Source: the human T2T-CHM13v2.0 reference genome, Homo sapiens
Assembly (NCBI RefSeq): GCF_009914755.1
Contig: NC_060930.1
DNA: 64,000 nucleotides
Strand: one strand, 5' to 3'
In this document: positions 44,441 to 59,790 of the stretch, in pieces
Layout of the letters: each line of letters starts with the position of its first letter
How positions within the stretch are numbered: position 1 is the stretch's first letter
The notes under the pieces: model-generated
What the model saw: the letters and a program-made list of their open reading frames with translations, nothing else
Databases searched by the model: none
Told to the model about the DNA's origin: nothing
Program-made: the position numbers and the translations under genes

Positions 44441-46705
44441 CCTGCAACAGTCAATTTGTTCAGATAGCACCTCGAGATTTACACTATTTGTCTTTAGAGT
44501 AGCAGGCCTTCCAGGGCATGAGGCTCAGTCAAAAGGAGGCCCACGAGGAAACATTCACAATGCATTTAGCACTAGCTCCTTCACCTCAGTGGTGAATTCC
44601 TACACTACACGATGATCTGCCCTTGTGCCCAGGCCACAGTCCAAACTGTGAGATCAGTTGTCAAAATGTCTGGAAGTGGGTGGGACATGTTAAAGATTCC
44701 CAGGGGATTCCAAAGTGTAGATTATGTTAAGAACCACTACTTCACTGCTACTTCTTCTTGTTACTGAAAGTATGACCCCTAGACCAGTAACATCAGCATC
44801 AATCACCTGGCAGCTTGCCAGGAACACAGAACCTCAGGCCCCACACCTACCATGTCAGGTCAGAATCTGCATTTTCATCTGCAATTACACTTTGAGAAGC
44901 ATGGCTGCAGCTGGATGGGCCCTTTGTAACACCTAGAAGTTGACTCCTTAGGCTCTTCTATAAACACTGGTTATTAGCCCTGGTTGTACATTTAAATGAT
45001 CTGTTTTATTCTAGCACCTAAGTATATACATTCATTACATTTATTTTTATGTTTAATAATTGTTTATCAGAATTGTGCAATTGGATTATTTTAACCAATT
45101 GAGTTTTATTAACAACAAATGTCATTAAGATTTATTTTAATGCTTGGAAACATATAATCATAAAATTAAAATATGTTTTAATGTTTTAACCTACATATGA
45201 AATTTGGCTACAGAGAAATATAATGTGTGACCAAAAAAACCTATAAATATATTAAAGCATAAATTAGATTTCAGTAGTAAAAAGTATGTGAAGAAGTAGA
45301 TTGGAAATATGAAATAAAGGAGAAAATGCGCATAAAAATTTTGACTGTTCAAGATGGACATGTTCATGTATTTTTTAAGTGGCTGATGATAGATGTAAAA
45401 TCCTGATGGTTTTTTCATTCCATTGGATACACTTAAAAGAGTAATATAACAGTTTTATTTTAAGATATTAAAAGGTCAATACTTGAAATAGGCCAACAAC
45501 TAAATTACTTCTAACTGTTTACATTTATGATGATGAAAACACTAGACAACAATGTCTTTATTTTGGTTTCAATATTTATAATATACCAGGGATTATGTTA
45601 TTTGCAACAATTTAAATTTCTGATGAAACATATTAAATGCCAGTATGTGAGAGGTACATAATTTTTCAAAATTCTACAGATGTAAAATAATTTGAAGACC
45701 ACTGAGATACATGGCAGGACCTAAGAATCTCATGGGCATCTTTGAATTTCTCAGCCTGCAGCCTCCCTGTGGTCCACTTACCAGCACACATTCATTTTCT
45801 AGTATCCTACGCATCACTTTGAGAGGAACATGAAGGACAATTCTTTTGCTGAGTCTTCTGTGTTGCCTAAACTTTTCCTTCTCACTGGTGAGGCTACTTA
45901 AACCTGGGCATGGCCTGAGTTGTTGAACAATCACAGACTTACTTGTTATTGTATTCCCCCGATGGCAATGCAGCTTAATAGCCTAATGAGTCCCTTGTCA
46001 CCTTGATTTTGGGAGATTCAGTTATCTAAAAATCATGTTCAGCCAAGCCTTTGAATCTTTATTCTGAACTTAGAGTTTCCCTTTCTTAATACTAAGCTTG
46101 TGGGCTGTGCCATTCACAGAACAGGGAAAGAAAACCACAGGCTGTGGTGGGGAGAATAGAATACCTTAGATTGTTGTCACTCAGAGTCCTAGTTGAATGC
46201 AACTCACAAAATTTAATTTTTGTTTTTATCGAGTTGTTTCTTCATCAAAGTAATGTCAGCACACAGTTTTCAAATCAAAGAATTACCAAAAAGCTCATAT
46301 TAAGAAGACTTTTCCCTTCCTATCTCTCTCCAACTTTAATTCCACTTCTAGAGGTAACTACTTTCAACTCTTAGCCTTTTCTTTTGGGATTTACATTTGT
46401 CTATTTACAAAAGTTACTTGTTGGGCTCCTTCTTGATTTATTTAGCTGATTTAGACTTTATTTGTAACTTTTTTATCGCAGCTGAGGCATTGACTCTTAC
46501 AAGACATCCTTTTATCTTCTTCTGCCAACCAATACAGTCATAACTCAAATTTTGGTTAATATTTTTGTTGCATTATTATGAATATACAAACTTTTTCACT
46601 GATGAGTCAGAATGCTGGGTTAAAAGTAATTTTCACTCAGAAGTTGAACGGTACTCCTGCTCTGTGCTCTAGCATTCAGTGTTGCTCATGAAAAGTGGTG
46701 TTATT

Positions 46706-49203
46706 ATCTTCCTGATACCAAAGCCTGGCAGAGATACAACAAAAAAAGAAAACTTCAGGCCAGTATCCCTGATGAACATCAATGTGAAAATCCTCAATAA
46801 AATACTGGCAAACCGAATCCAGCAGCACATCAAAAAGTTTATCCACCATGTTCAAGTTGACTTCATCCCTGGGATGCAAGGCTGGTTCAACATACACAAA
46901 TCAATAAACGTAATTCATCACATAAACAGAACCAAAGACAAAAACTAGATATTATCTCAATAGACAAAGAAAAGGCCTTTGATAAAATTCAACACCCATT
47001 CATGTTAAAAACTCTCAATAAACTAGGTACTGAAGGAACATACATTAAAATAATAAGAGCCATTTATGACAAACCCACAGCTCGTATCATACTGAATGGG
47101 CAAGTGCTGGAGGCATTCCCCTTGAAAACTGGCACAAGACAAGGATTCCCTCTCTCACCAGTCTTATTCAATACAGTGTTGGAAGTTCTGGCCAGGGCAA
47201 TCAGGCAAGAGAAAGAAATATAGGGTATTCAAATAGGAAGAGAGGACATCAAATTGGCTTTGTTTGCAGATCACATAATTCTATATCTAGAAAACCCCAT
47301 TGTCTCAGTCCAAAAGCTTCTTAAGCTGATAAACAACTTTAGCAAAGCCTCAGGATACAAAATCAATGTGCAAAAATCATAAGCATTCCTATACACCAAA
47401 AATAGACAAGTAGAGAGCTAAATCATGAATGAACTCCCATTCATGATTGCTACAAATAGAATAAAATACCTAGGAATACAGCTAACAAGAGAAGGGAAGG
47501 ACCTTTTGAGGGAGAATTACAAACCATGGCTCAAGGAAATCAGAGAGGACACAAGCAGATGGAAAAGCATTCCATGCTTATGGATAGGAAGAATGAATAT
47601 CATGAAAATGGCCATATTGTCCAAAGCAATTTATAGATTCAATGCTATTCCCTTTAAGCTACCATGGACATTCTTCACAGAATTAGAAAAAAACTATTTT
47701 AAAATTCATATGGAACCAAAAAAGAGCCTGCATAGCTAAGACTATCCAAAGCAAAAAGAATAAAGCTGGAGGCATCACACTACCTGACTTCAAACTATAC
47801 TACAAGGACACAGTAACCAAAACAGCATGGTACTGCTACAAAAACAGGCATGTAGACCAAAGGACCAGAATAGAGAACTCAGAAATAATCCAGAAATGTA
47901 CTGTTATCTGATCTTTGACAAACCTGACAAAAACAACCAATGGGGAAAGATTCCCTGTTTAATAAATAGTGCTGGGAGAATTGGCTAGCCATATGCAGAA
48001 AATTGAAACTGGATCCCTTCCTTACACCTCACACAAAAATTAACTCAAGATGGATTAAAGATGTAAATGTAAAATCCAAAGCTATAAAAACCTTAGAAGA
48101 AAATCTAGGCAATACCATTCAGGACATAGACATGGGCAAAAACTTTATGATGAAATTGCCAAAAGCAATTGCAACAAAAGCAAAAATTGACAAATGGGAT
48201 CTAATTAAGCTAAAGAGCTTCTGCACAGCAAATGAAACTATCATCAGAGCAAACAGGCAACCTACAGAATGGGAGAAGATTTTTGCAATCTATTCATCTG
48301 ACAAAAGTCTAATATCCAGAATCTACAAGGAACCTAAGCAAATTTACAATAATAAAAAAACCCCATTAAAAAGTGGGCAAAGGATATGAGCAGCAGACAC
48401 TTCTCTAAAAAAGACATACATGCGGCCAACAAACATATGAAAAATAGCTCAACATCACTGATCACAGGAGAAATGCAAATCAAAATCACAATGAGATACC
48501 ATCTCACACCAGTTAGAATGGCGATTATTAAAAAGTCAAGAAACAACAGATGCTGGTGAGGTTGTGGAGAAATAGGAATGCTTTTACACTGTTGGTGGGA
48601 ATGTAAATTGTGGAAGACAGTGTGGTGATTCCTCAAAGATTTAGAACTGGAAATACTATTTGACCCAGCAATCCCATTACTAGGTATATACACAAAAGAA
48701 TATAAATCATTCTATGATAAAGATACATGCACATGGATGTTCATTGTAGCACTATTCATAATAGCAAAGAGATGGAATCAACCCAAATGCCCATCAATGA
48801 TAGGCTGGATAAAGAAAATGTGGTACATATACACCATGGAATACTATGCAGCCATAAAAAGGAATGAGATCATGTCCTTTGCAGGGACATGAATGAAGCT
48901 GGAAGCCATTATCTTCAGCAAACTAACGCAGGAACAGAAAATCAAACACCACATGTTCTCACTTATAAGTGGGAGCTGAACAAAGAACACATGAACACAG
49001 GGAGAGGAACAACACTTACTGGGGCCTGTTCGGGAAGGGCAGTGTGAGGAGAGCATTAGGGAAAAGAGTTGATGCATGCTTGGCTTAATACCTAGGTGAT
49101 GGGTTGACAGGTGCAGCAAACCACCATGGCACACATTTACCTATGTAACAAACCTGCACTTCCTGCACATGTACCCCGAAACTTAAAAAATAATTAAAAA
49201 AAA
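46706..49203 (+). mobile_element. 5'-truncated L1PA (RT region through 3' UTR)
   Basis: ORF2 peptides ([24 protein letters not shown]). 16-bp TSD gaaaagtggtg(t/c)tatt (46690-46705 / 49204-49219). Confidence 0.95.
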
Positions 49204-49494
49204 GAAAAGTGGTGCTATTTAAATTTCCATTCCTTTATACATGGGCTTCTGTTTGCTTTCTGCAGGTTTTTAGGATATTCTGTGCTTCATATACTGAGTC
49301 TTTAATTTTATTATCTTTTAAAATTTTCTGTTTGTATTTTTATTCAGCTTCCTGGGAGATTTGTTGGAATTATCTTTTGATTCTTCTACTATATTTTAAA
49401 GAATGATTACCTTTTTTCTATCTATAAGAGCTCTATCTTATTCTGATTGGTGAAACTTGTTTTATTGACACGCAGTAGTTTCTTATGTTATTGC

Positions 49495-49725
49495 ATTGTA
49501 GTGTGTGGTTAAGAGGTAGACCTGCAGTCAGACCACCTACGTTCAAATCCCAGCTCTGTCATTTAATGGCTGTGCAAACTCAGACAAATTACTAAATTTT
49601 CTCATCTGTAAAATAGGATAAGGCCTTCATCATAGGACTGTTGTGATTATTCAATGAATGAATACACTTAAAGCACTTAGAACACTGCTTGACCTGTAAC
49701 AAGAGCTCCATAAGCATTTGCTGCA
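49495..49725 (+). mobile_element. MIR
   Basis: gttcaaatcccagctctg...tttctcatctgtaaaat core. Confidence 0.75.
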
Positions 49726-52700
49726 TTCTTTAACTCTCTGAGGTTATTAGTTACAGGATAAAAAAAAGATTTTCTGGTTTGTCTCCTTCCTTTGCATCCC
49801 TTTTGTTTAATTTGGTGCCCATCTTGACACTGGAAGATTTTCTCAAATGTCTGGTGATCTCTGGCTGTTCATAATTAAGAGTCACTAAAAAGTTGATTGT
49901 AAATTGTAAATGTGTGTATCAAGCACCAGAATGTTTTTCTGATGGAGTTCACTGTATGATGTGAACATGATAAACCTTCTCTTTTTTTTTTTGGCAGGAT
50001 GCTGAAAATCAGTACATAGATATCTTTCATCTAGAGCTGTTCAGTTTCTCCAGAGAAGAATTCTGGGAGCAATGAAAGTTCTTGGCATCCAATAGTTCAA
50101 TATGTGCATTTTCATTAATCCCCATTTTTGTCTCATACTTTGCCAACACTAAAGGATGTTGTGCATCCTTTAGTCTGGACCCTCTCTGGTTAGGTTTCTT
50201 CAGAGAAAAAATATTTTATTTTCTTTTGGAAAATTGTTGAAGGGGTGGTTATTTATTCTCTTTGAGAAGGAGAGATAGGACTTCTAGCTACTCTTTATTT
50301 AAATAAATTGTCAATAAATCCATCAATTGAAATGTGTTTAACTACATTTAACACTTATCTGGTATCTTCAACCCTGAGCCTTTCATGGGTGGGATATGTT
50401 AGCTCATTTCCTGTTAGTATCTTACCTCTATAAGCACTTAAGTTAAATATTTCTCAACTCTGTTTAGTCAGTTAGTTACTACTGCTCTTTCCTCTTTCTA
50501 CCTTTGAAAATTTTATTAATATATTTTCTTTGCAGTTGTCTTCTATCTCATTCTTTTTGGCTTTAGGTTTATATATTTTTATTTCTCTTAGTAATCACTT
50601 GGGTGGTGCTCAAAGAAGTAGGCACCTAGGATTAATTTGTCATGTTTAACAAGAACCCAAATACATTGTTTTAATGGGAAGCTTTATCACCTTTTTCTGG
50701 GAAAGGTGAGGAATCAGTGACTACTAATAACTCCAGATCCTCTGGAATACACCTATTCCAATTTCTAGGAGCTAATATTCTGCCTGTCAGCTAAACACTT
50801 CAGGGTGAGAAAGAGTTTGCTGCAATTCATCAAATTGTATTATTATCTGATCTCCAGAAATTTCATGTTATGGAGTCAATATTGTCTTATAACAAAGCTA
50901 TCCCACATGCTTTTTTGTTCTCTGTCAGTTTTCAGTGAGTCAGCTTGTCTCTCCCATACTTTATTTTTGTGAATGCTGAAGGAAGTGGCCAACACCCTAT
51001 GATAGTCATGGCAGCATTTTCCTATCAATCTCCCTAAGGCTCAAGTCTCCGTGATTACTTGATCTGAACCCAAGAGCTGACAGGCAGTAGTTTAACCAAC
51101 TGCTTTACCACCTTCAAAAAGTGTACATAGTAATAAAAGTGTTCATATGGAATTCTTGGATTCCAAACCTCAACCTTCAAAAATATACTTATTTACATTT
51201 TATTTGGATTCAGCCACATCAAAATTTTAGGTTCTATCCTTGTGAAAACCTTTTTCTGGATAATAACTTAAAAATATCAGCCTGGATTCTTTGGGTTCTA
51301 ACTAACCATAGTCAAACTAAAAATTATCTGTCAGAATCCATAGAAGAATTCAACAGTAAAGCTGAGAAGCATCTGGTTCTCATAAGCAGTCGTGACCAGG
51401 AACCTCAATGACAGCAGGACATAACCTGTCTCATCTTTGCTATTCTGTATATCGCCATCATCATTTCTAGTTTGCACGACAGAGGGCTGAATATAAGCCA
51501 CAAGAAGTTCATGAGTTTTCGATACTATATCTTCCACCAAAACAAAAGACGTTCTACTTTTTCAGTTTCAGTCCAAAGATATCCCTGGGAAGGGCTTTAC
51601 TTGGCACAGCTTGAATGAAGTGTCTATTCCTGAGCCAATCAACTGAGGCCATAGCATGGGGTCAGGTAAGACTGGGTTATCTCCCAAGGGAATCATTTAG
51701 ATAGGGAAGCTGTGGTGACAGTGGCATGTCCTCAAAAAAGTTGTGGAGCATTTTTTTTTCTCTAAGTTCAAAATACAGGTAATGCTATGTTCCTTATACA
51801 CATCAACTTAAAGTGTAGCTATGAGAGGCAAAGGAAACCTTTTTGTCATTTCAAACCCTTCACTCTTTTACTCTGAAAACACCAGCTTATAGCAACAAAA
51901 CTGATAGTTCACTTTAAAAAAAGGAAGTCTGAGAGCACTTACTGACTTCAATTCATTCAACAGGAAAACTTTCTTGTGGTATTGACAACCAGAACTATGA
52001 GCAACAGAGTTAAGGATGCTGGATTGAAAAATACTTTTAACATAATAGACCTCAGTAAATATTTTGGATATTGATGGTAGTGAAATGTCCAACCTAGAAT
52101 TAGAATCACTTTAAAACATGATAGATAGCCATTAAGTCAGTCACTAAAGTGATTTCTGACAATATGATTGGTGTATGCATATGAATGATTTAATAAAATT
52201 ACATAAATTGAAATAGAAGATTTGCATCTTGCCTCAGCGCATACAGTTTGTCAGAGCTAGTTATTGATACCTTGCAAAGGAATTGACACAAACTTGAATT
52301 TGAATTTCTTCAGTTGGTTTGCTGTCACACAGTGATTTTTACATTCTGATTGTTTAAAAATACGTGTAAGAATTACAATTTGCATTTGAGCTTGTTCAAG
52401 CAAGTGCAAACAATTCAAGTCTTATAATTTAATACTGAGTTATCCTTCCCTGCAATTTGAAGATGAGGAAATTGAATTATTTACTTTGTGTATCAGTGCA
52501 GATATCATAGACCTGATTTATTGCTGATAATGATAGTAAGTAGATTAGCCTCTGAATATTCAAAATTTAAAACACATCTTTTTTAATTGTTAAAAGTCTC
52601 CTAAGAATTAATGCTTGACTTTGAAAAGCAAGAAAACATATTTTGGTAAGTGCAAGTTTTCAAAAACATTAATGGAGACTAGTCAGAAGTATTCCCTACT

Positions 52701-55609
52701 GTTATAATTTTCTCTGCTTCAAAATTTCAGAAACTCTCTGACCCCAAATATACATGCACGGTGATTTCAGATAATTTCACCTATGTGTAAAGTGTGATAG
52801 ATAGCTGTGAATTTAGGTACATTATTTTAAAATTCCTCTTTTGTGATATTCTCTTTAGGGTAATGCATTAAGAATGCATGCGTATTCATGTAGATTACAT
52901 TGTATATTTGTCTAACATAAATGTGGATGATAGAGTCATTAGAGCCTTATTCATTTCAACTCACATTAAAATCTTTGAAATTTGAAACATTCAGGGATGA
53001 GACAGAAGGTGAGTGTGAGGACAGAAATGTATGAGGATGTATCTCCTGTTTCCGTTGCAGCTTTAACTTTAGCAGCGTCACAGTGCCCAGGGAACAGAAA
53101 GGAAGATTAAAAGAGATGCTATGAGCTAGGAGTCATATATTTTGCCTTCATCAGTGGGATATGAGCTCTGTTAAAGCTGGTAGACTTCAAATAAAGTCAT
53201 AATACACCAGACTGTAGAGGGAGCATTCCAGAGAAAGTGGCTGGTAAAAAGATAATTTGACAGTCTATATTTAAGAATTATTTATAACTGTTTCTCAGAG
53301 TCCTTATGAATACCAGGGTTGTAAAGGTGTGGAAGAAACTAGGCCAAATGAAGCTGCGTGTAGATTAATTAACCTAGATTCAGGAAATACATGAAGATGT
53401 ATCATTGCCCGGTGTTGTGTGTGGGATGTTCTTGATCATTTAATAGAGAGATGGTGGTTTTCAGAATCAAGGTTTAGGAGTCAGTATTATCAGATATGTG
53501 CCCCAAATTAGGTGTAGATGATAGGATGCTTTAAGGCACTGCCTATGTCCCCACTTTGTGTCTGATAGAAAGGGTGACTGGGATTATGGAAGATATGGAA
53601 AGGATAGTGAACTTTGATATACCTTGGTACTTTTCATGGCTTTGAAGGAGCCCAAGCAAAACCTTTTTAAAGGGTTAGTTGTCCAATATCAGTGAAGTAT
53701 GTGGAGTGAAGATCAGGAGGAGTAAGCTTTCCCTGAAAGATTTTTGCTCTCACTACAGACATTGTTCTACTAAATTCAGGGACTACAACATTTTTAGACT
53801 TTAATAGATAATATGAGTGACTTATAAACAACTATGTCCAAATTTCCAAGCTTTTCTTGATTTAACTCAAAGTTATCAAATGCAGGAATGTGGGTTAGGG
53901 TTCTTACTGGAGGGATGGAAGCCCTGGACAGACCCACACACTGAAGGAGGTGAAGGTCACTAGTCCACAGACTCGAGGTCCACATAACAACATGCTGCGG
54001 TGAGTCAGTTGCTCCTCTAGGAGAAAAAAGCTTTACCTCGATGGTATTTTTCTGGCTGTCACACACCTCCAGTTGAAAGGCAAGTTGTCATGAATGTTCA
54101 TCTGCAGAGCACTACTGCTTGCCTCAGAACCTCCAGCAGAGGAATGACCTGGGTCTATTGTTTCATCTCTACTCCATCATGGACTCTGGGATACTTGGCA
54201 GCATCTCAGTATCTTGCTTCCCTTCTGTGTCTCTTCACTTCCTTTTGACTGTGATGAATGTGTTTCAGGTACTGCCTGTAATAAGAATGAAGAGATCTAC
54301 AGCTCATCTTCTGCCAAGTGACGGGATTATTATAAACACTAAATATTAAGACTCATTTGACTGTCTGCTGCCTTCACTACCTGCAACCCACCCTACTCTA
54401 CCCAATCCAAGGAAAGAAAGAAAGAGAAGAAGGAAGAAAAAATAAGGAACAAAGAAGCAGAGAAAGAGACTTGCATAGTTCACATGTGAATCTATACAAA
54501 AACATTTTAATAAAATATTTAATTTCACCACACAGAAAACTAGAACTGTCAAGCAATTTACTGCTAGACTCTGTGAAGAGTAAATCTGTGAAGACTTTTA
54601 CTCATAATGCCAATGGAAATAGATTGAGAAAACGATCACTGATTTATGTAAGCTGGGATTCCAAGCAAATCTGCTGGTCTGAAAGATATCAGGATGATTG
54701 TTGCTGTCTCATTGGTTGTCAGAACTCTAGTTTGGGAACACGGGATCCGCTTAAAACCTGGACTACTCTCTCGCTGTTTGGGGCAACTTGCACCAACATC
54801 TAGGCATTAATTGGCTGTGAAAATAAAGACCATGAGACCCCTGCAACCCCAAACCCTGGAGCCTCATCAGTCAGGCTCCTTACCATTATTTCCCTCCTCT
54901 TATAAACCTTTCCTTCATTTCTGTGCTTCCAAACCCCACAAAATAGAAAATTATCCTACAATTGCAGTTGCAGTTGCAATTAATTATCCTATTAATTGCA
55001 GTTGCTGATTAATTGTTGATGGCAAAGTGAAAGCCATTGAAAAATAGAGTGAGTGAATATTCAGGATATTTGGCTGTAAGACCATGATGGTATCTCAAAT
55101 AATGGGGATTTATTATTAAGTTACTGATGTGGCAGTAATGGAGATGGGGTTTTACAAAGTCTGTGAAGAGCTAGGTCATTCCAAAGGAACAGGGGCCATG
55201 CTTACAGACACAATTTAGAGGCTACACTAGAAGGAAGAGTCATTCAAGATTCAAGGCTTCTCTGTGGAACCAGGCTTTATGGGGCCTGCTCAGGCCTTCA
55301 ATTCTCTGCTGGGTTCCCTCTGATTTTGTGACTTCTGCTTAACTATCATCCTCTACTCACAGATTTACTCTATGGTATACTTTTTGTTGACTCAAAGTTT
55401 CTGCTTACTTGTAATTTGGCTCCTCTGTGGTTCTTCAGCTTCATGTCTGCTTTTGCTGTTTTTCTTAAATTTCCTGCTCCTGCTTTTCAGAGTCCTCTGT
55501 CTTTCACACTAATATTTCTGCCATATTAAAGGAAGATACTTTGCGCAAGACAATTACCATGATTCCTGTTGAGCAGAACGTTTCTTTTGGTTTGTTTTTG
55601 TTTTGACGA

Positions 55610-57595
55610 CAAATGGTTTTTTAAAAATTGTGGTAACATTTATATAAGGTAAAACTCATCTTTTTAGCCTTTTTAAAGTGTATAATTCATTGACATTTAA
55701 TGCATTCACAATTGTTGTACAAACATTACCACTATCTAGTTTTAGAGCATTTTCATCACCACAAATGGAAACCCCATACCCATTAATCAATGACTCCTCA
55801 TTTTTCCCTTCCCCAAGTCACTGGCAATCACTAATCTTTTCCTTCTCTGTGTATTTGCCTATTCTGGACATTTTATATAAATGGAATCATACGACATGAA
55901 CTTCTGTGTCTGGTTTCTTTCACTTCACATAATGTTTACAGGTTCATCTATGGAGCATGTGTCAGTACTTCATTTCTTTTTTATAACTAAATAATATTCC
56001 ATTGTATGGATATTTTGTTTGGCCATTTATTGTTTTGTGGATGTTTGGATTATTTCCACCTTTTGGTTCCTGTGAATAATGCTGCTATAAGCATTCATGT
56101 ACAAGTTCCTGTTTGAACACCTGTTTTAAGTTCTTTCAGGTATATACCTAGGTGTAGAGTTGCAAGGTCATATGGTAGTTTTGTTTTTAACTTATTGAGG
56201 AACTGCTGAACTGCTTTTCAAAGTAACAGTACCATTCTACATTCCCATTAGCAATGTATGAGAGTTCTAATTTCTCCATATACTTACTAGCACTTGTTAC
56301 TTCCCACTGCTTTTTAGAAAAGAGCCTTCTTAGTGTGAAGTGGTATCACCAAGTACTTTTTCTAAAGCTTAATTTAATTTTTAAAAATTGACATTCAATA
56401 ATTGTACATATTTATGTAGTACATAGTGCTGTTTTGATACATACAATGTATAGTGATCAGATGGGGGTAATTAGCATATTAATTCTTTTTGTTGAGAACA
56501 TTCAATAACTATAGTCATCCTACAGTGGTATAGAACAGTAGCAATTATTTCTCCTATTTAGTTGTAATTTTGTATCCTTTAACAAATCTCTCCCTATTCC
56601 CCCATTTTCTCTACTCTTTTCAGTATCTGCTATCCTCTGTTCTACTTTTAACAGCTGTTTTCAGCATCTACATATGAGTGAGAATATGCAGTGTTTAACT
56701 TTCCTTTTGTGGTTAATTTCACTTAGCATAATGTCACCTAGCTCCATCCATATTGCTGTGAATGACAGTATTTATTAATTTTTTATGGCTGAATGGTATT
56801 CCATTGTGCATATACACAGCATTTTCTTTATCCATTCATCTCTTGTTGGACACCTAAGTTGATTCCATAGCTTGGCTATTGTGAATAGGGCTGCGATAAA
56901 CATGGAGGTACAGATATCTCTTTGATATACTAATTTCCTTTTCTTTAGATATATATACCCTGCAGTAGGATTGCTGGATCATATGCTAGTTCTATTGGTA
57001 GTTTTTTTGAAGAACCTCTATACCGTTCTTGATATTGGTTGTACTAGCTTACATTCCCACCAACAGTGTATGAGTTCCCTTTTATCCACATCCTTACCAG
57101 CATTTGTTATTGTTTGTCTTTTTGATAATAACCATCCTAACTAGGGTGAAATGATATCTGTTGGCCATTTGTATGTCTTCTTTTGAGAAACGTCTGTTCA
57201 GACCATTTGTCCATGTTTTAATTGGATTTTTTGTTTTTTTTGCTGTTGAGATGTTTGAGTTCCTTGTATATTCTGGATGTTAATCCCCTGTTGAATGAAT
57301 AGTTTGCAAATATTTGCTTCCATTCCGTAGGTTGTCTTTTCACTTTGTTGGTTGTTTTCTTTGATGTGCAGATGTTTTGTAGTTTTATATAATCTCATTT
57401 CTTTCTGTTTGTTTTGCTTTTGTAGCCTGTGCTTTTGAGGTCTTATTCATAAAAATCTCTTCCCAGACCAATGTCCTAAAACACTTTCCCTATGTTTTCT
57501 TTTTAATTATTTCATAGTTCCTGGTCTTACATTTAGGTCTTTGATCCATTTTGAGTTGATTTTTGTATGGAGTGACAAATGGGGTCTAATTTCTG
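55610..57595 (-). mobile_element. Two adjacent L1 3' fragments (L1MB-like ~55610-56350; L1MA/PB-like ~56370-57595)
   Basis: Reverse L1 3' UTR and ORF2-end motifs. Confidence 0.8.
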
Positions 57596-57609
57596 CTTAG
57601 ATTAAAAGA

Positions 57610-58325
57610 AAACCCCGGAGTTGTCTTCGATTTTCTTTTGATTCCATATAGCTGCATCACCACAAATGGCCCTACTTTGAATATATACCTGGAATTTGAC
57701 CAGCTCTCCTCACCTCCACTGCTTCCACTTTGGTCTGAGTCACCATCATCTCTTGCTCCTCTACAGTTGTTTCTCTATCCTGTCACTCCACTGCTGGCAG
57801 CTGCCTATTAGCTTTCAGTCTCACTAAAAATAAACATTCCAGATTCCAAATCATAAAAGTCCCTGATTGGATGCCAACCCTTTCTATGATGTAATCTCCT
57901 CTCTTTCTCTAACTTCTTTCCACCCAGGCAGAGTAATCTGGATTTTACTTAGGCATAAACTTTTCCTCCATCTATGGTTTACTTTTGCTTTTCTCTTTTC
58001 CTGGAACACTTGTCTTCTCCCATCAGCTTCTTTTTTTTGTTATTCAGGTCCCTGTTCAAATATTATTCCTCAAGGTGGCCTTCTTCAACTACCTTAGATA
58101 AACTTTTCCTTTCCCAACCTCATTCTCCTTTCTTATTTTAATTCATAACACTTATTACTATTTATTTATTTGCTTAAATAGCTATTGTCTATTTCTCCTA
58201 CTAGAATATAAGCGAGATGAGGTCAAGTTCTTTGTTGTATTTATCTCAGCTTTCCTAGTGATTATCGTAGCATCTGACATATAGTAGCTATTCAATAAGT
58301 ATTTATTGCATGAATGAATGAATAA
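57610..58325 (+). mobile_element. L2 3' end
   Basis: ctagaatataag...ttcaataagtatttattgcatgaatgaatgaat terminus. Confidence 0.7.
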
Positions 58326-59009
58326 AAAAAAATCCCATCCTTCTGTGGTGCTCTCAGTAGAGTCTACAGCATGAAGAGGGGCTGGGCAGGCAAAATTAAT
58401 AACAATTTATAAGTTCAAAATATTTTGCCTCATTCGTCTTCAAGAAAGGACTTTATTGTCTCATTTATTTTCTACTGCTTATTGAAAAAAAATGGATTAT
58501 TTGTTTTTCTATTCATTTTGCTGTCCTTATGTAATTTTTTTTGGTACAGCTAAACAGACCACAGTTTCAGTTTTAGCCACTTTTGGATGAAGGCAACCTT
58601 GTTTTCAAGGACTTTTTGCTCAGTCCTTAACTTTTTCAGAAGAATGGTATAACACACACGTAATTCATATGAGGCTATATATTTCCCTGATGGGTTTACT
58701 AGTTTTAATAAATTGTAAGTACTATGAATCCAGCTCTCACCTTTTAATTTCATTTTTGATACTATGAATTTTATCATCAGAAAGCATATTCATCTTTCCA
58801 TAACCTTTTCTTCTTCATGTTAAGTGAGTTCTGTTTGTGTAGTACTGCTTCATGGTGGGTGATCCTCAAAAGAGAAAACTCTCTGATCTGTCATAATTGA
58901 ATAAACATTTTCAAATTTGACAAAATATGTTCTGGCATAGTTATGACCAAATCACAATTGGCCATTTGTTTTTTCTTGGCCAAAGCTCTGATGCCAATGA
59001 ATTAGGTAA

Positions 59010-59200
59010 AAGAAATTTTAAGAGCATAGGCTTTGGAGTTGGTCAACATGGGGTCAAATCTCAGTTTTGCCCCTTGTATCTATAATGACCAAGTTACTTA
59101 ACTTCTTTGAATTTCAGTTTCTTTCTTTGTAAAATGGCTAATACAGTGCAAGGCTTCAGTGTCATGAACATGAACAATGATGCATGCAAAACACCTGGCA
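59010..59200 (+). mobile_element. MIR
   Basis: ggctttggag...caagttacttaacttc...tgtaaaatgg. Confidence 0.6.
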
Positions 59201-59620
59201 GACTCTAGCTGGTAAAGATGGCTGGATAACTGATGTTATTGTTTAGCCATATTTCTTGAAGGTTTTACTTCATAACCATAGGTTTCATATAAAAATGGAA
59301 AATCCCTAGTCATTATAATTTTCTTTTTAAAACTAGCATTTGTTCTATTTTTTAAACCAAGGAAGTATAATCTGGTTGACTATTTCTCCCTGTCCCACTC
59401 TTAGAAATTGCCTACTGTCTTTTTGGATAGTATTTCTACTGTTTGAAAATGTAACTTAGCAGAGTAAAAGTTGAGGGCTTTTGTTTGAGACAGATGGAAG
59501 ATAAAGAGTGCCTGTATGGAGGTAAGACAGATTATGTAACCTAGTGTGACTAGATCTCAGGTTCCCTTGGGTATGTGGTAGGATATGTGGCTGGTTGCAA
59601 GATTTGCAAGGCCAGATCTC

Positions 59621-59790
59621 ATTGGGACTACTGGTGCCCGCCAACACGTCCAGCTAGTTTTTTTGTATTTTTAGTAGAGATGGGGCTTCACCCTGTTAGC
59701 CAGGATGGTCTCGATCTCCTGACCTCGTGATCTACCCGCCTCAGCCTCCCAAAGTGCTGGGATTACAGGCATGAGCCACTGCACCTGGCC
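59621..59790 (-). mobile_element. Partial Alu (left arm plus linker)
   Basis: tttttgtatttttagtagagatgggg...gagccactgcacctggcc. Confidence 0.85.

Noticed and set aside
46679-48389. L1 ORF2 ORFs as an active reverse transcriptase
   Set aside because: The element is 5'-truncated with many stops and frameshifts.
54357-54803. 148-aa ORF, and the 146-aa ORF at 32559-32999
   Set aside because: Non-ATG starts, low-complexity or AT-rich composition, and no homology recognised.
46603-57745. Scattered TGAGTCA (AP-1) heptamers
   Set aside because: A handful over tens of kb is near chance expectation, and they are not clustered.
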